From: Felis catus
Lineage: Eukaryota
NCBI RefSeq assembly: GCF_018350175.1
Contig: NC_058369.1
Location: 22,136,001 to 22,200,000, forward strand
Length of the DNA: 64,000 nucleotides
Reading direction: 5' to 3'
Shown here piece by piece: positions 1 through 15,081 of this stretch; the stretch's first letter is position 1; the number at the start of each line of letters is the position of its first letter. A program made the translations under genes and the position numbers. The notes under the pieces were generated by a model. The model was given only the letters and a program-made list of their open reading frames with translations. It was not told where the DNA came from and did not search any database.

Positions 1-335
1 TGTGGATAAATGTAACAACTTGGATAAATCTCAAAAATATGGTGAGCAAAAGAAGTTAAAAGAAGAACATATACTATATGATTTGTAAAAGGTTCTAGAA
101 AAGGGAAAAGACAACCCAAAGTGATAAGCAGCCAATCAGTGGATCAAGTTTGAGCTGAGAGGGAGGTGATTGCACAGAGGCATCAAAGAACTGTTGGGGA
201 TGGTAGAATTGTCCTGTATCTTGACTGTGGTGTTTGTACTTGGACCTCTGTGTTTGTCAAGAATCCTCTCACTGTATACTTTAAACAAGTGCATTTTATA
301 TATAAATTGATCTGCAATAAAATTAAAAAGTAAAA
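1..335 (+). mobile_element. Old L1M-type LINE-1 3' end fragment
   Basis: Motifs typical of old L1 3' UTRs (tggataaatctcaaaa, gtatcttgactgtggt, tgtatactttaa...aataaa); subfamily not determined. Confidence 0.6.
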
Positions 336-2394
336 ACTCATCTGGGAAATTAAAGTAGGAATGGACTCATTGGTCTTTCTTAATAAATGGAAAGAACTTT
401 AGAACATCAGATTATTTTTCATCTAAAATATGCACTAAATTGTAGTCAAAGAGCAGAAGAAAAGTTAAAAAAAGAAAACTTACTATGTCTTCATGTGCAT
501 CAAATTTCTACTCCCTAAAGTTTCCAACTACAGGATGTATCTCAATCCAGTGGATTTTCCATTCCAAGCCAACTGTGACCTATTGCTTTTGTCAAGATTC
601 CCACTAACAGAGACATTAAGAAAGTAATTGATACTTCTAAAATGTTAACTGGAATGATGTGACCACAAGAGTACTCAATGGGTCTACCAGAGCTGATAGT
701 GTTCCCTGTATAGAAAAGTTTATTCCACCCACCTAAAGCTTCAGTCAACATATATTTCAAGCATTCAGGCTCATCACTTAAGCTTTGTGAAGAAGGATGT
801 GGGGACTCATTCTGTTGCTGCTAGGTATCTCCTTCCCTTTTTCTCCTGTGTTGGGATAAACTTAATAACAGTCTAGGATCAAATACTTTGTCTTCATGTC
901 CTGAGCTCTCTAGGCATGCGGTACTTTTTTTGTTGGGGGTGGAGGGCATAAGTGGTAAAGGGAGTAGAATCACAGAGTATTAGAATGGGAAAGGCAGGGC
1001 TCTAGTTCATTTAATTCCAGTTTTTTCATTTTACAGAGGGGGAAACTGAGGCCCAGAGAAGGAGAGGAGCTTTCCTAGTGCCTGCTAACTCTTAGGAATG
1101 GAAGCCAGCCCCAACCCCTTATACTCTTGGCTGTCAGGAAAAGGCAGCCAGCTTCCCTCTCTGACTCAGGTTCCTCTGTAATGGGAGAGAGACACCATTC
1201 ACCTGTTATGAAGGGCATTGCTGAAGAACGAGGGGTAAAAGGACCATGATGTATGTCCTGTAAAACACTGATATTTGAAAGTGATCTTCAGTCACCACCT
1301 GCATAAATTACTTTCCTAACCCTTTGGGATGAAAATTCTGCGGCTGACACATTTCAGAAGAGTTTGAGGTTTTCTTTCTTCTGTTTTGTTTTTGCAAAGC
1401 TATGAACTTGTTTTGGAGGGGAGACTTTTAACTTGAGCCTTGCTGCAGGGGTTTAGAGTAATAAAAAACAACCCTATACTAATGAGAGAAACCAGTTATA
1501 AGTTTGGTCTATTTCCCTAGTCATAACTAGGGAGAGCCCATTTGAAGGTTTGAAAAGGTAGAGACTTGATTTATTCCCCCCTCGCGCCACCTCCCTCTCC
1601 TCCTGCCTGGGTCACTGCTAATTGCCATAGTGTTGTTAAAACAAATGGCTGGTCTTTAAATGCCCCAGAGCGATATGACTGTGCCCAATCAGGACTGTAA
1701 TCAGACCACCCTGTATTTTATGGACTTAGTGTCTTGGCAATCCAGAGGCATGCCAGTGAGGGCAGAGTTTCTACTTTGGCTGCTAATTAAACTTTAGAAA
1801 CCTTTTCTCTGTTGTTGGGCCAATCATCCCCACAATCTGATTGGCCAGAGTTGATTCTATTTGAAATGGGCAAATTTATATTTATTCTGAAAAACAAGCA
1901 ATAATTCCAAAGAATAAATGTTTATTTGAAAGAGCAAAAGTAACTGTCAAGTGAGCAGATTGTCTGAAAATAGCTTTATCCTAAAAACCTTTGGAGAGTA
2001 GGAAAAAATGTGTTGTGGCTGCCAGATACAATATTATGCACATTTCAAAAGAGAAGATGACGATATTAATACCTTACCTTGGTTTACTGCTTCTGGCCTT
2101 TGCACATCTCCTCAGCATCTGTGATTTACATCATTCCTTGAACATCCCTCCCTGGGAGGGTGGAGGTGGGTGTGGGTGTGTCGGTGGCTGTACCAGAAAT
2201 GGTATAACACATTGATTAAGATTCAGTACTTTGAAGTCAATATTCACCCATTGATTTACTCATCAGATAAGTTTTGAGTGGCTTCTGTGTTAAGAACCAT
2301 TCTAGGCACTAGGCTTGAACAGACTAAATGAGCAAATGAACAACACAGATTAAAAGTCCCTGCCCTCATGGGACCCAAATCCTAGTGGGGCTGA

Positions 2395-2578
2395 CACACC
2401 TGGATTTCATACAATAGTTCTACCCTAGTAGTGTGACCTTGGGCAAGTTACTTGTTCTCATCAAGTTTGTTTCCTCACTTGTGAAATAATAAGAATTACT
2501 ACTGCATAGCACTTTGTGAAGATTGAGATAATGATGTATAAAGTGCTTGCACCTAGTGAATGTGTATAAATGGTAGCC
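2395..2578 (+). mobile_element. MIR SINE fragment, adjacent to an L2 3' fragment at about 2245-2390
   Basis: MIR core gtgtgaccttgggcaagttactt...tttcctcacttgtgaaataata...gattgagataatgatgtataaagtgctt. Confidence 0.75.
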
Positions 2579-2812
2579 GCCATGTTTGTTTCCTTGTTAC
2601 TTCTGTTTGGGCAATTCCACTTGTCGTCATTGGATCCATGGTGAGCCCCTCTTCTGTGGGGTCTGACTTGGTCAGGGATGCTCTGTTGGCAGGAAAACAG
2701 ATGACTCAGTCCTTGTTGCCAGTCTTGTTACATGTAGGGGTTGCTTTCGGGATTCAAATGCTTGCCTTTGCCTTGCTTCCCCTTTATTTAGGCAGCAGCC
2801 CCACAGAATTAG

Positions 2813-3121
<309 letters not shown>

Positions 3122-6100
3122 TGAGTGTTGCAAGGTGAGTTGCTGTGTGCCAGCCAGGGGGTCCGCAGATGACCACGGAGGCCTTCACAGTTCACAACAC
3201 ACTTTTGCTTGTGTGGTCATTTTGGACCCCAGTGATAGCCCCAAGAAAGGGCCAGTGGCAACTGTTGTCTTCCTGATATTGCAGGAGAATCTTCTCTCAC
3301 ACAGACATGGAGTGAGTGGTGACACGGGGCCTTGAGTTCAGGCTTCCTGCTTCCAGTCTGGTTTTCCTCCTTGGACACCTTGCTGCTGCAGCCTCCTCCT
3401 GCTCCCAGGCCTGCCCCCTCTGAAAATGGTGGTTTGTGCAGAGGAGGGTGACAGAGGGCTCACTCACAATCAACTGCCTTTCTTCAAAGCGAGCAGCAGC
3501 AGGAGGCTGGACTCCCAAAGAGTCTACTCTGCTCTCCACTATTAAGAGTTGTGCCCATCTGGCTCTTGGGAGGGGAGAGGTGGATGCTTCTGGGTCTTCC
3601 CTGGGGTTCTGTAGGACTGGCTTGCAGGTTGTTGTGAGGACTGAAAGGGATAATATGGGGAGAGTCCCCAGTTCAAGGTCTGGAGCACAGAGGTGGCCCT
3701 CCGTGGTGAGAGATGCTGTTTTCTCCACTAGGGTGTGTACCCCTCCATGCCAAGTCCTAGTCTGCTTTTTGCTCTGGACGTCTAGGCCAGGTTGAATGCC
3801 ACCTGAGTTGGAACGGATGTCTGGTCGGTGCTCTGTCCAGGAGCTGCAGGCTGCTTCTGCTTCTCTGAGGAACACGGAGCGTGCCGCTTCACTGGGCTCT
3901 GCCCCTGCACGGATGCCCCTGCTGGGGACGTGAGGGTAGATGTCCTAGCACCTCTCCAGCGACTGTGGTGGTGAGGTGGCTGCCTGCTCCGGCTGGAGGA
4001 AGGATCTGAGATGACAGGGTGTGTCTGTTTTTCACGACTCATAAAGCCATCAAAAGAGCACAGATCATGTTTTTGCCTTTCCAGAAGTTCTTCATGAAAT
4101 TTTTATTAAACCTGTTGGCACTCAGGACACACCAAAAATTCTCTGGAAAAAAAAAAGATTTCCAAATTTAACATTCGAAAATGTAGGAAGTGGTGTTTTA
4201 TGTGTACTTGTTTTTCCAGATGGTTCATTTATTTTCATTGAAAAAGATCAGCACAAGTCAAAACCACAGAACTGTCTGGAAGCAATTGAGAAAAATAGAA
4301 ATACCTTGGAAATGACTGGTTCTCTTATGTGTAACACGATGAAATGAAAAGTTCAGTGAGCAAACACGTTCTTTCAGATTTAGTCGTTATAGCTTAATCT
4401 GATCTCAGAGTAACCACGACAACCTTTTCCCCCTCAAAGAGCACATGACAGGGCAGCTTGCTTACAGTGTGTGTTGTAAGGACAAGCAGGTGCTGTGGCT
4501 TTGCACGTGCACGACTGGCCAGTGAAGCTCTCCGAACTCCTACATCATTGTTGTGGCTTCCTTGCCTAATGAGGTTTTCACTAAATGACTTGTGTTCCCA
4601 GATGCTCTTGAGAACAGTTTTAAACTATATTTCTTTCTTTTCTTTGTAATGTGATGGAGTTCTGCATCACACTGTCCCAGAGGTGGACGGGGAGAAATGG
4701 GGACCTAAGTCTCGTGTGAGGACTTTTCAGCTTATATTTATTCACTGTGCTAGTGGAGGACATCCATGTCTCTCATCAGCCCCCACTGGGCTTTGGGGAG
4801 ATGGGTCAGAGGCTCTGGGTCCTGATGTTTCCCATGCTGGTTGGCAACTGGGGCCTAGTGATTTTTTAAGAACTCTGAATTTCTTAGAAATGCCAGGGAA
4901 GGTGTGACTGTTTACACTTACCTGGGAATTGTCTCATTCCTTCTATAGAGAATTCAGACTGTTCTATAAGACATGATTTTGTGTTTGTTCGTGAATATAT
5001 ATTTATTTGTTGGGAGGTAAATGTGTATTTCAAAAGGGAGTGCCTCAGGCATTCATGGAGTTCTTAACCATCCATGCTCTGATAATATTTGTCAGAATCC
5101 TGGACCATCAAGTGGGAAAGAACCCTACAGATCATTTGATCTCTGTGCATCATCTTTTAGACAAAGAAGCCGAGGGCTATGGAGGGGTAGCAACTCGTGC
5201 AGATTCTCATAGCCAGTGGGTGGCCAAAAGGGAGCAGACACACTTTCTTCCTGTTCCTGGCTTAGTGTTCTTCCCATTCCATCCCACTCTCTCCTTAACT
5301 GGAGTCCCATGAGCTCTACTGTACACACTGATTATGTACAAAGGAGTCCAATGTCAGGAAAGTCTACATGTTCACATGAAGATAAACCTCATTATCTCAT
5401 AAATTTGGCCAATCTGAAATACAGTAGTTACAATGAACAAACACGTTCATGAAACATACAGCTCACTACCATAGAATTCAGAAGCACTAACTGCCAGATG
5501 ATTTCGAATGGACCATCCATGTCTTAAAAAAAAAAAAAAAATCCCTCCAAACGAAAAAACAAACCCCTGTCCAAGTAGATAAGAGCAGATACTTCTTTTT
5601 ATCTATTTCTGATAGAAGGTGAAAATATTAAAATTTTATTAATCATTTGTTTTTCTAAAACCATTTGAACATTTAACTATCTGAAGATAATACCTAGGAT
5701 TTAGGTTGTAATATGGGTCTTGAAAAGATAGGCCCTTCTTGAGTGAAATCTTCTCGGTTTACCCTCCCCATCTCATCCCTCACGTCTCTCCGTGGACTTC
5801 CAATCATGGTTAACTTTTGTTATTATCGCTAATGAATATTCTTCTCTTCACTTGGTGTGTTCTGATTTCTGTCTTACTTGCTTCTAGCGTCTTGGCATCT
5901 TACACTCTTTTGTTCTTTGAATATGTGTAGGGAGCTGTGCTCCTGGGCAGGGGTTGGGGGTGGGGTGGGGGGGAAGAACCCAGATGCTAAACACAGTAAT
6001 TAGGAAGCCTGGCTGCAGTGTGGGTTCTGGTTTCCTGCCCAGCACCCACCCTCAGTCTCCAGCTTCTGCCCACCCCTCCTGACCTGAGTACTGCTCCACA

Positions 6101-6810
6101 AACCCTCCTTCCACAGTCTGTCTTGTTGTGTGTTGTGGCTCTGAGCATTGCTGTATACAGGGCTTCCTGGTACTCCTGTCGCCCCATCTTTCAGGTCCAT
6201 GTGGCAGTGGCAGCACACTTCCCTCTTAAGGTTAGGCCCGCCATCAAACATCCTGGGTCTAAGGGGGCTCTTGCCCCTCTCCCTCCCTCCTTCAATCCAG
6301 GAGAGCCTCCTTTTTGACATTCTTGTTTTTGTTCAGGCGCACAGGTCTGCCTCAAGACCCTGCCTCCATGGGCACCTTCTCCTCCTCTCAAACTCAGCTG
6401 CTAGATTCATCATGATCCTCAGGCTGTCCTGCCTGGAGAGCCCAGCACTCCCCAACAACTTCTCTGCTGGCCTCACCTCCCGCTGCCTTGTTCCTCTTTC
6501 TCAAGAGTCTGCCTTTGCTGATGGAGAAAAGTCTGGCCCTGTAACCCAAGTTTAAAACCCAGAGCTACCTAGCTGCAATCTGCTTTTTCTTTCCTGATCT
6601 TCTCTCCACTGACCGCCAACCAAGACTCACTGGCCTGGCCCACGTTGCCTGGCTCACCTGCCATGCTTCTGATGCTCTTCCCTCTGTCTGGAGCAGCCCC
6701 TCTCCCAGGCCCACCTGTGGAAATCCATCCTCTTCCACCCTTGGGCCCTAGCAAGAGAGGCGCTGCTACCCAGTCCTCTGTCTTATCCCCATTCAGAAGT
6801 GATGTCTTTC

Positions 6811-7234
6811 TTTTTTTTTCTTAAGTTTATTTATTTACTTTTTTTTTTTCAATTGGGACAGAGAGAGACAGAGCATGAACGGGCGAGAGGCAGAGAGGGA
6901 GGGAGACACAGAATCGGAAACAGGCTCCAGGCTCTGAGCCATCAGCCCAGAGCCCAATGCGGGGCTCGAACTCACAGACCGCGAGATCGTGACCTGACTG
7001 AAGTCGGACGCTTAACCGACTGTGCCACCCAGGCGCCCCTTATTTATTTACTTTAAAAGAGAGAGAGTGTGAGCAGGGGAGGAGCAGAGAGAGAGGGAGA
7101 GAGAAAGTCCCAAGCAGGGTCCATGCTGTCTGTGCAGAGCCCTATGCAGGGCTCAATCTCATGAAATGTGGGGCCAAGACCTGAGCAGAAATCAAGAGGT
7201 GGATACTTAACCAACTGAGCCACCCAGGTGCCCC
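6811..7234 (-). mobile_element. Older CAN-SINE interrupted by the younger copy
   Basis: Tail at 6811-6841; body at 7040-7234 ending ctgagccacccaggtgcccc. Confidence 0.88.
6842..7039 (-). mobile_element. Young felid CAN-SINE (SINEC_Fc-like) nested in the tail of an older SINE
   Basis: Reverse-complement head ...cacccaggcgcccc, (GA)n tract and T-tail. Perfect 15-bp TSD ttatttatttacttt at 6827-6841 and 7040-7054. Confidence 0.93.
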
Positions 7235-7326
7235 TAATATTAATTTAATGTTAAATATCTCTTTGAATTTTATTACTGTGTGTCATATATGGAGCAGGCA
7301 CCATTAGGAATTATATATGTATATAA

Positions 7327-7551
<225 letters not shown>

Positions 7552-8067
7552 TAATGAAAAATGGTAGCTAGCCTAGCTTTAAAAAATTTAATTTTCCTCC
7601 CAATAGCTTACATGGTTTGGGGAAAATCTAAAACAAAATGGCAAGGGGGAACCAAATATACCAGTAAATGTACTGAGCCAGTTCTTAGTGTGAATTGTGT
7701 TCAGAATAAATGAGGATTTAATCTCCTTTTCTATCCTGATTTCTTATGTAATGTGTCCTGGCAAACCAGATGAGGTACCCCCAAAACTAGAACATGAGAG
7801 GCATCCCTAGCATTGTTCTCTGTAGGCTTAAGAAAGGTTCTATTGAGTCAGGACAGAGGAGGGAGCAATGGATTCTGAGTACCTAAGTGTCATATGCCAC
7901 AGAAGAGGGAGTCTTTGAAGTGGACCTTGAGGGTCAAGTGGGAGTCTGAGACAGCACCGGTGGGAGGCAGGTGTTCTAGGCTCTGACAAGGGCGCTCAGC
8001 TTCCACCAGCTCTGGGCTTCCTGGTGTTGGTGTCTTGAGTGGTGAAGCCTGTGTGCTCTGTTTGCAG

Positions 8068-8264
8068 ATGTCATAGCTGAAGAGGACCCAGCGCCGTGTG
8101 CGTTCTCAGGGAATGGACGCCAGTGTGCCGCCAATGGCACAGAGTGTAGGAGTGGCTGGGTTGGCCCAAATGGGGGCATCACCAACTTCGATAACTTTGC
8201 CTTCGCCATGCTCACCGTGTTTCAGTGCATCACCATGGAGGGCTGGACAGATGTGCTCTACTGG
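8068..8264 (+). CDS. CACNA1D: CACNA1D exon 7 (197 nt): domain I extracellular loop and pore loop
   Basis: Acceptor tttgcag and donor gtaagc. Translates (D)[65 protein letters not shown]; the selectivity-filter Glu codon GAG is at 8238-8240. Confidence 0.98.
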
Positions 8265-10363
8265 GTAAGCGGCTGGAGGATAGTGTGTGGAGTGTTCTTT
8301 CTTTGGATAAGAGGCTTCATTTGTTAGCACCATTGGAGACTTAGCTGAAAAAGAAACCCTGGAAGTCAGTTCTTTGGGAAGGGAAGCAGACCCTCTCCTC
8401 ACTCAGCGAGACTCATTCTCTTTCCTCCTCAGGTCTTTCATTTCCATTCCAGAAAGCTGCTGTGTAGTATTGGCTGCCTCACTCCCCAGTGCTGTTTGGT
8501 GTGCCTGCAGAGTCCTTGTTTTGAGGTCACTCCCTAGATCAAGGCTATTGTGATTTAAACTCTTAGAGAGCCAGGGGCTATTGTCCAAGAGGCCCCTGGA
8601 CTTCCACAGGCTTGGTCTTTTTTTAAGTAAAGGTGGGCTGCTCTACCAGCTCCTAACAAAAGATAGGGAGTATAACTTGGATCCCTTTCATGCTTCCCAT
8701 GAACTTAGTGCAGCCTTAAGGCCAAAATGGATTTTCCTTATTTTATACTGTTTCCCTCTTGCCTTTTCAGCATTACCATAAATTAGCCCAGCACAGCCCC
8801 TACCTCTCTCTTCCTTTCTCTTTGGAGCTATAGAACTCTGGCAGAGAGGGTTGGAAAGGCATGTCAAACTTCCAGGGCTGGTGGACCCATCCAACCTGCC
8901 ATGAAAACAGACTGATGTCCTTTCTCTGGCTAAGGTCTTGCTCTCTGTTCCTGACAGAGCCAGAAGGCTTTGCTATAAATGAAGAGCAATAGTATTTTAC
9001 CTGATATTTCTCAGAGCTGAGTTTGTTTATTTATTTAGTAGAATTTGAAAAAGCTCACAGAAGTTTAGAAATTATTTTCCATGGCACAGATTGCTGGGAA
9101 AAACCAGCTGATGTGCAGATTTTGAGCCTAAACCCAAGTTCAAATGAGATTAATCAGGATTCCAATAATTATTGGTTAAAAGGCAGTTAGTAATAAAGTA
9201 CTTTCTTGAATGGGCAGTCTTTAGTTAGAAGGCCTACAGATTGAGAATTAGCTTTGGCAGTATCTACATTGTAGATACTCTATAGGGCTTCATATTCCTT
9301 TATAACTTCAGAGAACACAGCACACAATGGTTTTAAATAGGTTTTGCTTCCCTTCACCAATGAACACCATGCTTACAGGGTTGTAGAAATCTCTATATAT
9401 TCAATGTTATGCAAAGAAGGTATATTTTTATCTTCTTCTCCAAAGCGTGAGTCCAGTTTAGTAAAAAGTTTTAAGCATCACTAACATGTTGTATCTTGTT
9501 TCTCTTTTCCCTTCCTTTTTCTTATTGTCCTAGGAAAGAGAGAATGTGCATGTGTGTGTGTGCGCACGCGTGTGTGTGGGCATGCATGTCTATATATTCA
9601 TAAGATAATGTCTTTCATGAAGAGGAAGAAGGAGGGAAATTATATTGGATGAGCCAAGATCATGGCCAAGGCAAGGGGACCTTCAAATTAGGTAAAGGTT
9701 CATTGTCAGTGTTAACTTCTGAGTTGCAAATCCTAGTTAGATTAGTTGAGATCTCAATCCTGGTTTTGCCTTGAAGTTTCTGATAAATAGAAAACGCTTC
9801 ATCCAAATAGCCCAAACTCTGATCCTCCCCATCCCTGCAAATGGTACAGGAAACAACATCTTGATTTAAAAAAAAAATCTGTGACTGTTCTCAGCTCTGT
9901 TGTCCTCTCTGTTGTCAGAGTGAATTGTCCAATGTGCCTGATCCAATGTGCCTTGACTAATGCACAATTTCATACCGTATTTTACATTTTTGCACATGGA
10001 CTCTTGACAGTTTTCCTGTCGTCTAGCAAGTGAAAACTCTTTAAAGTGTGATTAAAGGAGAGAAAACTCCATACACCCCAAAACAAAAGTATCCATTGCT
10101 TTTGGAGCGCCTAGGATTGCATAATTATTATCTCTATCATTAATATGACAGAGTTAATAATTTGACAATATAATAATTATATTCTCTGTGAATTACAGGG
10201 CATCTTTATTCTGATGGAGGAGCTCAAGTAATTTACCAACATTATCCCAGTCTGTATCCCTTTGTAGAAAGTCTGGATTTTGAAGACCAAGCAGTGGTAT
10301 ACAGAGAGGCCACTGAACATACAGGACCCAGGGTCCTATAGCAAGTGGTTGTTGTTCTTGATC

Positions 10364-10709
10364 CAGGGGTTTGTAGATCCAGGGGTCTGTAAGGGGCCAG
10401 ATAGTAAGTATATTTGGCCTTGTGGACCATTATATCCCTGTCACAGCCACTCAATTCTGCCTTCTGCCTATGCCACACAGAAGCAGCCGTAGATAACATG
10501 TAAATGAGTGGGTGTGGCTCTGTTCCATTAAAATTTTATTTGTGGACACTGAACTTTGAGTTTTATATAACATTCATGAGTCATGAGACAGTCTTTTGAT
10601 TTTTACCCCCCAACTATTTAAAAATGAAAAATCTATTTTTAGCTCAAGCGTTGTGCAAAAGCACGTGGTGGGCTGGGTTTGGCCCACACGTCATAGTTTG
10701 GTGACCCTG
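10364..10709. mobile_element. MER58B-like hAT-Charlie non-autonomous DNA transposon fossil
   Basis: Ends caggggt and gtttggtgaccctg; internal tgtaaggggccagatagtaa, actcaattctgcc and tgttccattaaaattttatttgtggacactgaa; about 345 bp. Confidence 0.8.
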
Positions 10710-13700
10710 CTCTAGACTGGAACCCAGCACTCTTTCCTTGGTATTCCCTACTGTCAGAGGTTTGTGAACCATTGTAGAACACTAGGGGGCAGCTAAGTCA
10801 TCTCCCATACAGTTCACTAAGGTCTCTGAAACACATCAGGTTTAATTATTCATTGATTATATTTATTAACTCATCAGAGAGATAAGCAAGAGCCAAGGCA
10901 CTAAGCCTTCTTAATATTGAATGGACCACGGTCAGGTGGAAAATACACAGCTGTGTTCCAGCACAGAACATCCTTGACCAGCACGGTGCCTGGCACAGAG
11001 CAGGTGCTCAACAAATGCTAGTTCCTCTTGCCTCTCATTGTACACTCCCATCACCTCAGTGTGGAAAGGCCATGTTTAAATACCGGTTTTTATGAACAAC
11101 TAGGGTGGAAAGGGAACATCTCGAGAGATAACTAGGGAGATTAGATTATAAATATTGATTGCAAGAAAATGTCTCAATCCTTCAGGTGTTTGTATATAGT
11201 GGGCACAATCTTTGCCAGGGATTATTTTGCATCTTGTCAAGTTTATATTCAGGCAGTGTTCTCAAGCTCATTGATGCCTTAATTCTCAAGAATTTCTGGA
11301 AAAGGGCTGGCAGGGTCTTGAGAAATTTACAGGTGGGTCCAATATACAGGAAAACATACTTAGAGAACTGTTTGGATGTGTGGGAGTGGGATCATCAATT
11401 TCTGGTGGAAAAAAAGTTCTTGTGGAGCTCTTTTATAAAGTGAGTTCCATAAGCATAATTAAGCTGCCATCTGATCCACACGTATTTGTTGTCTACGGAG
11501 GCAGCAGGGTGTAGGTCAAGGGAAGAGCATGAAGGCTGGGTAGGGCTGGGTGTATGGCCTTGGGTAGGTCACCAGAACTCTCTGGGATTTAGTTTTCTTA
11601 TCTGCAAGATGCACAGTTAGAATACATTCTTTAAAGACATGTCTTTAAAGGTAGGAAATTGAAATAGTGTTGGTTTCAGGAGAGAGCTACTCATGTATTA
11701 ATCATTTACAGCCTCCTGCCTTAGTGCCAGGCTCTTTCCTCAATGAACACACCTCTGGAGGTGCTGGCTGCCAGACTCGAATGGGAAGTCCACATGGTCA
11801 CGCTGACAGTCTACTTCCTTCAAGACGCCTGGGAAATTCATTCCTCATTGGCCAAGGGCTTGCCTTTCTGTGCCTCTCTCTTATTCCCTACTCAGAGGAG
11901 CCCCAACCAGTATACCAAGTTCCCAGTAGTGTTTTCAACAGTTAGAAAAAAAACCAAAAAGCCTTAGGTTGGTCTTTAATTGAAGACATGAATGTACATT
12001 TCAGGCTTTGAAATGAGGGGGGAAAAGGAAACTAAATAGAATGTTATTTTCTAGGCACCAGGTGATACTACCTGATGGCTTTGATACAAATCTTTCAAAA
12101 ATGAATCTAAATTGAAATGCTTCAGCTCATGCTGAGTTTTTCATTGTTGATAAAGACCACACAGACAAAATCCCAAGCAGAGTCTTTATTTTCATTTGGG
12201 TATTTTTCAGAATAGCTTACCAGTTCTGACTTGTCCCATGTATATGATAGGGTCTGAGGAATACTAGCCTCTGAAAAGAGACTTGGGTTGAGAAGGTTTT
12301 GTTTGGAGAAAGACTGGCCTTTAGATACCCAGTTTCATTTCTCTTCCCACCTTCTGGAGATCTAGACAGTTTTCTGTGGCCTTTGCTGTGGCCTTCTCCC
12401 CAGCCCACAGCTGTCACTCCAGATGATATTTCTGATCCAAGCAAATGTGACTCTGTCCAACACCTACACCTAAGAAATTAAAAGCTTCCTTAATTAAAAA
12501 AAAAAAAGTGCCCTCCCAAGTGGAGCAGACTGCCGTTCCTAGCATTCCCTGGAACAGCAGACTGGGGCCTGAACGAGGACTGGTAGAGCATTTGACTTGG
12601 CCACTGACTTTGCCAGCGCTATGCAGGACTGAGGTCTCCTGTTGGGAGTCCTGGACTTTGCACATCCTTCCCTCACCCCATGGGCATGCCCTCCCCTGTC
12701 ATCTGCACTGCTCCTGCAGAGAGGAAACAGGCCCAGAGAGGTCTCCATGGAAGGCCCTGACTCCAGGCTGGGCTCTGGCCACTACACTGGACAGCCTGGT
12801 TCTTCTCTTCCACACACCGAGTTTTTAAATAAGTTTAGTGGTGGTGTTGCTTTGGAAGAATTACCCTGTGCCTTCCTGCTGAAATTAGTTTATCCAGCTT
12901 AATTAGATCAACAATTGCAGCCACGGCCCTGGTTCATTCATTACTCTAATTGCCAGTGTAAGATGTGCAGAGTGATACGAGTTCTATTAAGCACATCAAT
13001 TTTCATGTGGCCAAACAGGTGTTTCATAAGGGATTTAATGTCCTCTCCCTAGACTTCAGCAACAGATGTTAGGTCATTTTATTTTTTTTATGTTCTCTTT
13101 TCCTGTTTGGCTTCTGCGTGAGGCAAACATAGTGAAATACATGCACCTCATTCTGTAAAGCTAAAATCTGGAGCCAAATAATGTGGAAGAAAGCACATGC
13201 TTAAAAGCCTAAGGGGCTTTCACCTGTGAGGCAAGAACAGTCACTCTTCCCGACTACATATAGTTCTACTGGCCAAAGATTCTGGGTGTTCCAGCAAAGT
13301 CAGGCAGAGGGGTCATTCATTCTGTCCCTGGACTGGTCCTTAACACCTCCTTCCTCGGAGAAGTGTTTGCCTAATGTAACACTGACCTGTGCTGCTGGCA
13401 AGTTCCATCTAGCCGTGAACCTTGAAGCACCTCTTTGCTCCTGCATGAAGGCTGCTCATGACCAAACCTCCCCTGTGACAGTCTGCCCCGGGGGCCAAGA
13501 CTGACTGTGATGCTTGAGCTTGTTCCAGTAGTAGCAGCACAGGGTTCCTTTGGACCAGCTTTCTCTCACCTGGTGTCAGTCAGCTCACAGCTGGAGCCAG
13601 CTCTCCCAGGTGGCTCATCTAGGTCAAGGCTAGATGGGGGGTAGTGAGGGGGATAAGGGCTTCTTTCCTTCTGGGTCTGTCCTCAGGTGCAGTTGGGAAA

Positions 13701-14294
13701 CATCTCATTTCCAAAACCACTCTTGAATGTGTGTCAGCTAGTTGACTTCTGAGCACTTTGCATTAATTTGGCCCTGCTTGCACTCACTGATGGCAGATAA
13801 TCTAGATTTCAGATGGGTTAGGTTTCTTTGGATTGGTTAGCTTCCAGTGGAAATGTATTATTTTAGGTGTTTTTTTTTAAAGAACTTACCGAGTTAAATG
13901 TTGCAAGTTTGTCTCTATTAAGACTTTTCCACCATTACAAAATGTAAAAGCAAGACGTTCTAACAACTTGGGTAGGGTAGAAAATACTTTCCAGATAAGC
14001 ACGAGCTTTGTCCTCTACCAAGATCTATTTGGAAAGTCCATGATCAAGACTGTTTCCAGTGAGAAAGAGCCAGATTCTAGCTGATTTCCCTGCCTGTGTC
14101 AAAGTGTGCTGTTATTTGCCCCCAAACTTTGATGACTCTTTGTGTGTGTGCGCATGTGTGTGCGTGTGTGTGGGGAATATATAGTGAATGTGACTTGGCT
14201 ACTGTTGTCTCTTATTCAAATCTAAATGTTTAATTCAATGCATAGAATGCTGTCTCTAATGTGACCCTCGCTCTTTATTAGATTCTCTTATTAA

Positions 14295-14432
<138 letters not shown>

Positions 14433-14958
14433 TAAGCTACACCTCTTTCATCTTGAAAGCAGAGTCCTAAGGATGGTTGCCAAGACCACACAGGTTTTGC
14501 TAGATGGGGGTGGCCGGGTAGGTGCCAAACACATTCTGTGTCCTCTGAGATGCTTTCTCTTCTGCTGAGTCTTCCCAAACCAGGATGCTTCCTGGAACCT
14601 CACCAGCCTTTATGAAAGAAAACTATGGAATGGTTATTGACCAGAAATTAATCAGCATTGTTGCTTGGGATTTAAATAGATTCCATTGCCTGCCCTTTGT
14701 CTGTCCTAAAATGAGATACACTTATAATTGCTTTATTGGTCTGGATCCAAATATGCAGATTAATTGGTATAAAACAGTAGCTAAATGAACTGGTCCTGGC
14801 TGACTTTTGGTGGGCCATATTTGTAGATTTCAGCAGCACAACTTGTCCTTACCTGAAAACACAAGATAGAGCGAGTCTTCACTCAAAGCCCTGAGTGGTC
14901 TGGTCTGGCAGCTCTTCCTGGGGCTCCGCTCTTTAGTAAATGGATAACTGATAACTGA

Positions 14959-15081
<123 letters not shown>

